Source: Eledone cirrhosa
Taxonomy: Eukaryota
Direction of reading: 5' to 3'
DNA length: 64,000 bases
Assembly: GCA_964016885.1 (NCBI GenBank)
Contig: OZ024761.1
Span: 11,284,001 to 11,348,000, forward strand
Shown here: positions 52,295-64,000 of the stretch, one piece after another
Position numbering within the stretch: position 1 is the stretch's first letter
Layout: each line of letters begins with the position of its first letter
The notes under the pieces: generated by a model
Database searches by the model: none
The model's input: the letters and a program-made list of their open reading frames with translations, nothing else
Told to the model about the DNA's origin: nothing
Made by a program: the position numbers and the translations under genes

Positions 52295-53127
52295 ATAATG
52301 ATTTCTACTTTAGGCACAAGGCCAGCAATTTGGAAGGAGAGGAAAGTCGATTAAATCAACCCCAGTACATTACTGGTACTTTATTTCATTGACCCCGTAA
52401 GGACGAAAGGCAAAGTTAACCTCAGCAGGATTTGAACTCAGAACGTAAAGGGCCATAACTCTATGCCATGAAGCATGTTGTCCGATGCTTTACTGATTCT
52501 ACTGCTGATCAACCACCATCAATAATAATTGTTTCTACTTTTGGCCAAAGGCCAGCAATTACCCCAGTACATTACTGGTACTTTATTTTATCGACCCTGT
52601 AAGGATGAAAGGCAAAGTTAACCTCGGCGGGATTTGAACTCAGAACGTAAAGGGCCATAACTCTATACCACATAGCATGACCTCAGACCCTCTACTAACC
52701 AACCCCCCTCAATAACAACAATTATACAAGATATAGAAGAAATAAGAAACACAGGCAGGTCTTTCCTTAAATTTGTTTTTTAAACAATGGAACTAAAAAA
52801 AAAACGAGAGAAAGAGAGAAAAGTGTTTTTTTATTTATTTTTGGGGTGGGGTGGGGGCGAGAGAGGGAACCAACATAAAATAGTGGAGTGAGAGAGAGAT
52901 GGAGGGGGTGGTGGTGAGTGGAGTGAGAGAGAGATGGAGGGGGTGGTGGTGAGTGGAGTGAGAGAGAGATGGAGGGGGTGGTGGTGAGTGGGCTGATAGA
53001 GAGAGAAGGAAAGGGAGAACCAGCATGAAATGGGGTGGTGGTGGTGGCAGAAGTGAAGGGGAGGGGGTTTGAATTTCTTTATTTTCCTTATTCTTTTCCT
53101 TTTTTTGTGTGAAGGAAGAGAGGCTTA

Positions 53128-53316
53128 TGTGAGGAGGGAGGGCTTTAAGGGGAGGGGTTAGGTGAGGAGGGAGGGGTTAGGTGAGGAAGGAGGGCTTTAG
53201 GGGGAGGGGTTAGGTGAGGAGGGAGGGCTTTAAGGGGAGGGGTTAGGTGAGGAGGGAGGGCTTTAGGGGGAGGGGTTAGGTGAGGAGGGAGGGCTTTAGG
53301 GGGAGGGGTTAGGTGA
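53128..53316 (+). repeat. G-rich ~33-bp repeat (GGGGAGGGGTTAGGTGAGGAGGGAGGGCTTTAG), G-quadruplex-compatible
   Basis: About 5 copies, each with at least four G-runs. A 30-bp G-rich repeat is adjacent at 52885-52990. Confidence 0.75.
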
Positions 53317-53905
53317 TGGTGGTGGCATTTATTAAGGTTTCTGGAATTTCTTCAAAAAGAAACTTATTCATTTAAACATACACATGTATGTGTGTATATA
53401 TACATATATTTACTTATACACACACACATATATAAATATACACATATATGTATATACATATATATACATATATATATATACATATATATATATACATATA
53501 TATATATATACATACATATATATATATACATACATATATATATATATACAAATATATATATATATACATACATATATATATATATACATACATATATATA
53601 TATATACAAATATATATATATACATACATATATATATATATACAAATATATATATATACATACATATATATATATACAAATATATATATATACATATACA
53701 TATACATACATATATATATGTATATATATACATACATATATATATATACAAATATATATATATATACATACATATATATATATATACAAATATATATATA
53801 CATATATATATATACATATATATACATATAGATATATATACATATAGATATATACATATATATATATATACCTATATATATATACATATATATACCTATA
53901 TATAC

Positions 53906-53936
<31 letters not shown>

Positions 53937-54509
53937 CATACATATATATATACATATATATACATATATATATACATATATATATACACATATATATATA
54001 CATATATATATACACATATATATATACATATATATATACATATATATATATACATATATATATATACATACATATATACACATATATATATACATATATA
54101 TGTACATACATATATACACACATACATATACGCATACATATATATATATACATACATATATATACACTTACATATATATACATACACACACACACATATA
54201 TATATATAAAATATAATATATATACATATCAATATGCACACACACACACACATATATATATATATACATACTCACACATATCTATTATATATATATATAT
54301 ATATATATATAGGTATAAATGTACATATCAATATACACACACACACATATATATATATATATAAAATATATATATATAAAATATAATATATATATATCTC
54401 GTATGATACACAGATGGAAATCACTGGAGTGAAGTAAGGGTGAAGCGTCACTCTACGGCAGACCTCAACAGCCATATACTGTGTCAGGGCTGCGGGCTCC
54501 TCCGTCCTT

Positions 54510-54625
54510 CTATTCTGTCTCTTCCTCCCCCTCCTCCTCTTCCTCCATCAGTTTCTTTGCCAGCAGCACCGCCTGGTATTCATTGTAGTGGAGTTTACGT
54601 TTTTTCTCAAATGCTATTTGTTGCT
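54510..54625 (-). CDS. PPP1R2: Protein phosphatase 1 inhibitor-2 homologue, last coding exon
   Basis: Minus-strand acceptor ccatcttttccag|AG; (E)QQIAFEKKRKLHYNEYQAVLLAKKLMEEEEEGEEETE*. Contains the IPP-2 signature F..KRKLHYNE. Confidence 0.88.
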
Positions 54626-54932
54626 CTGGAAAAGATGGAAAGAAGAGAGGACATGATAGAGTGGATGAATCAAAAACACAAACACACACACACACACACA
54701 CACACAAATCAGCATCATCATCATCATCATCATTATTTTATGTCCGCTTTTTCCCTGTTTGCAAGGGTGGGATGGGAACTGATTCTGGCTTGATTTCTAC
54801 AGCTGAGTAAACTGGAGCAATGTGAAATAAAGTGTCTTGCTCAAGGAAACAACACATCACCCGGTCTGAGAATTGAACTCACAACCTTTCGATTGCAAGG
54901 CCAATGCTCTAACCACTAAGCCATGTGCCTCC

Positions 54933-54963
<31 letters not shown>

Positions 54964-55149
54964 TTGGTGCTCTGAAATAGCGATATATATATGAATGTGT
55001 ATACAGTGTATTTTGCAATACCCTGTATGCTTAATTAAAAGCATTTCGAAGACCTTACGCTGTTGTTTTAGTGTAGTGACAGTCTCAGTTATTTTAAATT
55101 TTCAGCAAACAGGGGAGATAAAGCTGACAGAGCTCTGTTTTGTATGAAG

Positions 55150-55375
55150 TGTTTCCGTAGGAAAGATAAAGAAAACGAGAGTGCTCTACGTAAGCTACAG
55201 AGCTATATAGTTATGTAATAAACAGCATAAGACAATTATTCCATTTACCAAAGGTTTCATGAAGACAGACGAGCTCGACAGAGACGTCAGTTTTCTGATG
55301 AGTGATTTCAGACGTCTGTCTTCGTGAAACCTTTGGTAAATGGAATAATTGTCTTATGTTGTTTATTACATAACT
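55150..55375. mobile_element. Fold-back element related to 45273-45750: ~62-bp arms (55210-55271 / 55313-55375), tail on the left
   Basis: The arms share GAAACC(N3)GGTAAATGGAATAATTG.CTTATGTTGTTTATTACATAA with the 45.5 kb element. CTGATGA lies at 55295 in the spacer, and GAGTGCTCTA...CAGAGCT lies on the left. Confidence 0.75.
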
Positions 55376-56514
55376 ATATATATAGATACAGGGTGATGAT
55401 GGTGATGATGATGATGATTATGGTGGTGATGGTGGCGATGGTGGTGATGATGGTGGTGGTGGTGATGATGATTGTGATGATGATGAGCCTTTCCCCAAAA
55501 TAAAATGATTGATATAATTCAATGTTTACATAATTTAAATAATTGTTTCTACTTTTCGGCACAAGGCCAGCAATTACCCAGTGCATTACTGGTACTTTAT
55601 TTTATCGACCCCCCGTAAGGATGAAAGGCAAAGTTAACCTCGGCGGGATTTGAACTCAGAATGTAAAGGACTGTAACTCTATGCTGCAAAGCATGGTGTC
55701 TGACACTCTACTGATTACTGCCAATTTATTTTAATGCATTTTCTTTGGGCTGTTGAAGTGTGCATACATTTTTGGGGGACACCCTGCACATATTCAGTAA
55801 GTCTCCAACTTACAAATGAGTTTCTTAGTTGATCGTCCAACACAGTATGAACCAATAAGCTCATATATGTTACATTGATACTGCAGGTTTCCACCATCAT
55901 CATCATCATCATCGTTTAACGTCCATCTTCCATGCTAGCATGGGTTAGACAGGGAGTTGTCCCACTTGAGGCAAGATTGGTTGGGTGACCGTGTCTCGCT
56001 CGTATAGGACTGTATCTGGCAAGTTTTCTATGGCTGGATGCCCTTCCTAACACCAACCACATTTACAGTGTGGACTGGGAGGTTTTTTACCGTGTTACCT
56101 ACACGGCCATATTACAGCGTGGACTGTATTTATTTTTGTCGTGACACCTACACGATCTCATTAGTTTGGACTGGATGTTGTGGTACCAACGTAACTTTAT
56201 AGAGAAAGGGTGGTTAGAGCATTGGCCTTGCAATCGAAAGGTTGTGAGTTCAATTCTCAGACCGAGTGATGTGTTGTTTCCTTGAGCAAGACACTTTATT
56301 TCACATTGCTCCAGTTTACTCAGCTGTAGAAATGTGATGATAGGAACTACAAAGTGGTCGTGGAGGTGCCACGGCAAAAAAGCACCCAGCACTCACTGTA
56401 AATGAGGTTGGTGTTAGGAAGGGCATCCAGCTGTAAAAATCAAACCAGAATCAGTTCCCGTCCCACCCTTGCAAGCAGGGAAAAGTGGACGTAAAATGAA
56501 ATGATGATGAAATG

Positions 56515-56780
56515 ACAGTATATAGAGGTATATATAACAGTTATAATTATATATACAGTATATAGAGGCATATATAACAGTTATAATTATATATACAGTA
56601 TATAGAGGCATATATAACAGTTATAATTATATATACAGTATATAGAGGCATATATAACAGTTATAATTATATATACAGTATATAGAGGCATATATAACAG
56701 TTATAATTATATATACAGTATATAGAGGCATATATAACAGTTATAATTATATATACAGTATATAGAGGTATATATAACAT
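56515..56780. repeat. 40-bp minisatellite
   Basis: TATAGAGGCATATATAACAGTTATAATTATATATACAGTA, about 6 copies. Confidence 0.93.
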
Positions 56781-56844
56781 GTAATATAGTGGTATATATA
56801 CAGTATATAGAGGTATATATAAGATGACAGATAGATAGATATGT

Positions 56845-57312
56845 TTCTTTATTAGCCACAGGGGCACAAAAGAAGGGGACAATTACAAAGGGGAAGTTTA
56901 CATACAATAAAAACGTGTAAAATGTTACCACAATTGTAAATTAAAAGTTAATCGATTTTCCCAAATAGAGGGAGACATTTCATATGGGTAACACATACCC
57001 CCGAAAAAATGTGCAACCCTCATCTTCAGGAGTACGAAGAGTTTGTACCCCTTTCCTCTCTTCCTCTTTTTCCTCAACCTACAGGCTGATATAGAGAGAA
57101 GGCCCATTCACTCGGGCCATTCTCGCCACTTTCACCCACCTTTCATAAAACTTGCTGGGGTACAGCACCTCTCTCTCCATCCTGATTCTTCTTCCAAAGT
57201 GGTATTTCAAAAAAAGTATCATTTGTTGGCCGGAGAGAAAGGTATCTGACCTCAGCCCTTTTAACCTCGTCCACCATAGCTATCACACAGAGGAAAACCA
57301 TCTCTCCTTCGT
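56845..57312 (-). mobile_element. L1/Tx1-like LINE 3' end fragment (same family as 1355-1660)
   Basis: The minus strand gives [13 protein letters not shown] (compare PVFLCLVAIV). A shifted frame gives [15 protein letters not shown]...[11 protein letters not shown], followed by a UTR ending near AATAAA. Confidence 0.55.
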
Positions 57313-57351
57313 TTAGATAGATAGGTAGGTAGGTAGGTAAGAGTGCCTTAC

Positions 57352-57443
57352 CTTTTTTCTCTTCATCCATTTCTTCCTCTTCAGAGCTGGAATCTGACGT
57401 AGATTTTTCATTTAACACCTTGGCAGCTCTACTGTCTTGTAAC
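57352..57443 (-). CDS. PPP1R2: Protein phosphatase 1 inhibitor-2 homologue, penultimate coding exon
   Basis: Minus-strand caatatacag|G TTA...AAA G|gtaagg; [30 protein letters not shown]. An acidic Ser-rich segment precedes HYNE as in IPP-2, and the phase joins the next exon (G|AG = Glu). Upstream exons lie beyond the window end. Confidence 0.8.
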
Positions 57444-57584
57444 CTGTATATTGGGGGCAGATAGGTAGTAGACAGGTGGGGGGGAAGAGAAGAAAGGAGA
57501 AAATTAAATATTAAGTTAATAAAATATGTTTCATATTGGCTCACATCAATTAACACATACATTACATACACCTTTGTACGTGCA

Positions 57585-60098
<2,514 letters not shown>

Positions 60099-63000
60099 TC
60101 TTCTAAACAGGAAACTTCTTCCTCTTTTTTAGCCATAATGAATCTGGCAAAAGAACTGGAAAAAAACATTCGAGCTATCACCCAGCACCACCCTCCACTA
60201 TCACCCCACTGCACAAACTCCCATTGCTGCCATTAACAAACAAACAAATTAACAACACACCAAAACAATTAAAACCATCCACTCTCACCTCTACATTTTT
60301 GCTTAACGCCCAAGGCATCAGCCCTTCCACCAATACTCAAAAATGGAAGATCAAATTCCTGGAGGACTGGATTGATGTCCATCCAAACCACATCCCTTTC
60401 TTCGTCCTCACTGAAACCCATCTCAGTAACCTCCACTTGGAAGCCGAGGTGAAAGTGAAAAATTTCAAAGCCATCCGTGCTGATCGCGCTGGCAGAAGAA
60501 AGGGCGGAACTGCCATTTATGTCCATAATTCTTTCTCAACAGAGGCTATGAACATATTCACTAATGGATACTGTGAAGCAGTCACTGTATTCAGTCAAAC
60601 CAACAACCTATTAGTAGTTGGGCTCTATAGGCCACCCCAAACGCCTGTACCATGCTTCAAGGAATGCCTCAACAGCATAAATTGTTTCATCCAAGAGTGT
60701 CACCCTGACAACATCTTAATGATGGGGGACTTCAACCTCCCCGGAGTTGACTGGTCCACAAACAGCCTGCCACCAGGTTCTTCTGCCTCAACCTCTGACA
60801 GGGAAGCTGTGGAATCGCTTCTTGACTTCATGGATGATTTCTTCCTATCCCAACTGGTGCTCGAACCAACGAGGTGCCACAAAAACGTCCTAGACTTAAT
60901 TTTCAGCAATCACACTGACAATATCCACAATATTGCAGTGGAGAAAACTCTACTCTCTGATCATGACATGGTTCTCTGTGATCTGAGATTCCACCATCCA
61001 ATATACAAACCCAATGTCATCTCTCCTGTCCATCCGTTTGACGCTATGGATTTCCACAATGCAAACTGGGAAGCGATCAGTCATGATCTTGCACATGTCG
61101 ACTGGTCCTTCACGCACACTCATACACCCACTAACATCAAAAAGTCCTGGCAGACATTTGTGGACACTGTTACAAATATATGTGCTAAACACACCCCATT
61201 AAGAACTATAAACAAATCTAAGAGCAGAATCCCTAGAAATAGAAAAACGCTCATCAGAAAAATTAAGAGAACGAACAAAAAAATCAACAAGCTGAAATAC
61301 TGTCAGCAGCAACACATCAACTTGACTGCCATTTCATCACTAGAGATTAAAAAACATAACCTCCAAAACAACATAATGTCCCTCATCAACAATCAGAGAA
61401 GAGCTGAAGAGGCCTGGGCCATTGAGAAGATCAAACTCAATCCCAAAGTGTTCTTTTCATTTGCAAAAAAACACAAAATCACTGGCTCTACTGTTGGCCC
61501 TCTAATTGATGAAAATGGCACTCTTCAAGACAATGCTAAAACCATGGGTGAGATACTGCAGAAACAATACTGCTCTGTTTTCAGCAATCCTGATATGGCC
61601 GATCTGGGCTGTATCGGCGATGTTACTCCCCATTACACCTTATCGGACATAACGTTTGGCGCCCCTGATGTCTTGGCGGCAATAAAGGAAATCAAGCATA
61701 ATTCAGCAGTAGGTCCCGATAGGTTCCCTGCTTGTGTCTTGAAGGCGTGTCAACACCAACTTGCATCTCCTCTTGCCAATCTGTGGCGGAACTCACTGGA
61801 TGCTGGATATGTGCCAGAAAACCTTCTATCCCAGTCTGTTGTCCCAGTTTTCAAAAAGGGAAACAAATCCCTTGCCGTGAATTACCGTCCAATCTCACTC
61901 ACCTCTCATATCATTAAGGTATTTGAGCGAGTGGTGAGATCGCGAATGACCCACTTCCTTGAGAGTAACAATATGCTGAACTCCAACCAGCATGGATTCC
62001 GTAATGGAAGGGATTGCCTGACGCAGCTACTGCATCACTTTGATGACATTTTGAGAGCCTTGGGAGAGGGTTCCAACACTGATGTTATCTACCTTGATTT
62101 CAGCAAGGCCTTTGACAGGGTTGATCATAACATTCTACTGAGAAAGCTGTCCAATATTGGTGTCACTGGAAAGCTGCTGCAGTGGATCAAGAGCTTCCTG
62201 TCAAACAGAACCCAACATGTTGTAGTTGAGGGAGTCAAATCAAGCCCAGCCAAAGTCAGTAGTGGGGTCCCACAAGGCACTGTGTTGGGCCCACTTCTCC
62301 TCATCATCTATATTAATGACATCACTGACATCATCAAACACAGCAACATTAAAATTTTCGCTGATGATTCCAAGCTCCAAAAGGTCATCAATGGCGTGGA
62401 TGACCGGATAAGCCTTCAGTCAGACCTACTGGCTGTTACCCAATGGGCAGAAAAGAACAACATGTTACTGAACGAAGACAAATTCGAACTGATCCACTTT
62501 GGAAAAGAGGATGCTCTGAAACTCCCGTACTCCCTTCCCTCCGGGGAAACTCTCGTGGCATCTAACAACATCAGAGACTTGGGAGTAACCGTGGACAGCA
62601 ACATAAGCTGGACCACGCATATAAGCAGCAAAGTTGACATGGCCCGCAGAATGTGTTCCTGGATCCTCAGAACCTTCCAGTCGAGAGATTCCCGCACCAT
62701 TATCCTTCTCTTCTCTACTTTCGCCCGACCACACCTTGAATACTGTTGTCCACTGTGGTCTCCCCACACGAAACAAAGTATCATGAAACTTGAAGCTCCT
62801 CAAAGGGCAATCACGAAAAAGATAGATGGCATGTCAGACCTTGACTACTGGGGTCGATTAGAAAACCTGAAACTTTACTCACTCCAACGTCGCCGTGAGC
62901 GTTATATTATCTGCATGATGTGGAAAATGTTCCATCATCACTGCCCAAATGATGTTGACATTGCCTTCAAGATACACCCAAGGCTTGGGCCCCGTGCTAT

Positions 63001-63330
63001 CCGTCCCATTCAAAAATCTAAATCGCAACTCATAACAACAATACGGCACAATTATTTCACCTCAATCGGCCCTGCTCTCTTCAACATCACACCAGGACAC
63101 GTCAAAACAGAAACTGACCACACAAAATTCAAGAAGTCTTTGGACAAATTCCTCCAAGTAATCCCGGACAAACCACCCACACCCGGATATGTCTCCGCAA
63201 ACAGTAATTCTCTTCTCGAATGGGCCATGGTGCCCAAATCCTGAATTGAAAGACTTCGCCAGGTGGTGCTATTAAGTTAGACATGGCCTGGGCCAATACT
63301 GGCCAAAACATTTCAAAGTTATTCAAAGTT
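60099..63330 (+). mobile_element. CR1-clade non-LTR retrotransposon (LINE), 5'-truncated in ORF1, inserted in (TA)n
   Basis: Unique sequence is bounded by (TA)n on both sides. A short open frame ending at 60236 (putative ORF1 C-terminus) overlaps the ORF2 start. The short 3' UTR ends in a duplicated TTCAAAGTTA. Confidence 0.9.
60224..63244 (+). CDS. LINE ORF2: apurinic-like endonuclease + reverse transcriptase (CR1 clade), uninterrupted
   Basis: APE motifs LTETHL, RADR..R.GGTAIYV, GLYRPP, MGDFNLP, LDLIFSN, SDHD. RT motifs [45 protein letters not shown]1-type C-terminus RPHLEYC...WSPH and SLQRRR. The start codon is uncertain (the frame opens at TTG). Confidence 0.93.
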   Translation: MLPLTNKQINNTPKQLKPSTLTSTFLLNAQGISPSTNTQKWKIKFLEDWIDVHPNHIPFFVLTETHLSNLHLEAEVKVKNFKAIRADRAGRRKGGTAIYVHNSFSTEAMNIFTNGYCEAVTVFSQTNNLLVVGLYRPPQTPVPCFKECLNSINCFIQECHPDNILMMGDFNLPGVDWSTNSLPPGSSASTSDREAVESLLDFMDDFFLSQLVLEPTRCHKNVLDLIFSNHTDNIHNIAVEKTLLSDHDMVLCDLRFHHPIYKPNVISPVHPFDAMDFHNANWEAISHDLAHVDWSFTHTHTPTNIKKSWQTFVDTVTNICAKHTPLRTINKSKSRIPRNRKTLIRKIKRTNKKINKLKYCQQQHINLTAISSLEIKKHNLQNNIMSLINNQRRAEEAWAIEKIKLNPKVFFSFAKKHKITGSTVGPLIDENGTLQDNAKTMGEILQKQYCSVFSNPDMADLGCIGDVTPHYTLSDITFGAPDVLAAIKEIKHNSAVGPDRFPACVLKACQHQLASPLANLWRNSLDAGYVPENLLSQSVVPVFKKGNKSLAVNYRPISLTSHIIKVFERVVRSRMTHFLESNNMLNSNQHGFRNGRDCLTQLLHHFDDILRALGEGSNTDVIYLDFSKAFDRVDHNILLRKLSNIGVTGKLLQWIKSFLSNRTQHVVVEGVKSSPAKVSSGVPQGTVLGPLLLIIYINDITDIIKHSNIKIFADDSKLQKVINGVDDRISLQSDLLAVTQWAEKNNMLLNEDKFELIHFGKEDALKLPYSLPSGETLVASNNIRDLGVTVDSNISWTTHISSKVDMARRMCSWILRTFQSRDSRTIILLFSTFARPHLEYCCPLWSPHTKQSIMKLEAPQRAITKKIDGMSDLDYWGRLENLKLYSLQRRRERYIICMMWKMFHHHCPNDVDIAFKIHPRLGPRAIRPIQKSKSQLITTIRHNYFTSIGPALFNITPGHVKTETDHTKFKKSLDKFLQVIPDKPPTPGYVSANSNSLLEWAMVPKS

Positions 63331-63450
63331 ATATATATATATATATATATTTGTATATATATAAATATGTATATATATATGTATATATATATATATGTAT
63401 ATATATATGTATATATATATATATGTATATATATATGTATATATATATGC

Positions 63451-63598
<148 letters not shown>

Positions 63599-63599
63599 G

Positions 63600-63674
<75 letters not shown>

Positions 63675-63681
63675 GTATATG

Positions 63682-63762
<81 letters not shown>

Positions 63763-63763
63763 G

Positions 63764-63800
<37 letters not shown>

Positions 63801-63833
63801 GTATATATATACATATATATATGTATATATATA

Positions 63834-64000
63834 GGAGTATATGAATGGCTTGTGAAAGCGGTACAAGCCATGTATAGGGGAGCAGTCAGCAAAGTTAGGA
63901 TTGGCAATGAGTATAGCGAGGAATTTAGCGTACAGGTTGGGGTCCACCAGGGCTCTGTTCTTAGCCCTCTCCTGTTCATCATAGTCCTGCAGGCAATAAC
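63834..64000 (+). mobile_element. RTE-clade LINE reverse transcriptase fragment (5'-truncated, runs off window)
   Basis: Reads [55 protein letters not shown] directly after (TA)n. [13 protein letters not shown] is typical of the RTE-type RT motif B. Confidence 0.85.

Noticed and set aside
51595-52392. Pro/His-rich repeat protein (MVSDPLPILPFHHPS)n or its antisense ORF
   Set aside because: A 45-bp tandem of a SINE head; open on both strands only because the unit is a multiple of 3.
53150-53316. Telomeric repeat
   Set aside because: TTAGG occurs only once per 33-bp G-rich unit; there is no (TTAGGG)n tract.

Overview
This is AT-rich, repeat-dense animal genomic DNA. The SINE families and (TA)n load resemble an octopus/cephalopod genome, but that is an inference. 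It is not prokaryotic, and almost all long ORFs in the track are artefacts of tandem repeats. Two convergent spliced genes are present. RP2 (XRP2, ARL3 GAP with TBCC domain) has eight coding exons on + (3824-22531; the first exon lies upstream of the window). A protein phosphatase 1 inhibitor-2 (PPP1R2/IPP-2) homologue has its last two coding exons on - (54510-57443). Mobile DNA includes a CR1-clade LINE with an uninterrupted 1006-codon APE+RT ORF2, decayed R4/Dong, L1/Tx1, RTE and Penelope fragments, two SINE families, and piggyBac-like and pogo-like MITEs. An 11.5 kb array of a 48-bp unit, grown from a SINE sub-repeat and carrying a 4738-bp higher-order duplication, fills one RP2 intron. The most striking unannotated structure is a set of short non-coding fold-back elements inside (TA)n microsatellites. 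They have near-perfect 60-180 bp inverted arms carrying hammerhead-ribozyme cores (one canonical, at 45588-45647), and solo hammerhead-like motifs occur elsewhere. Together these look like a non-autonomous Penelope/retrozyme-like family.
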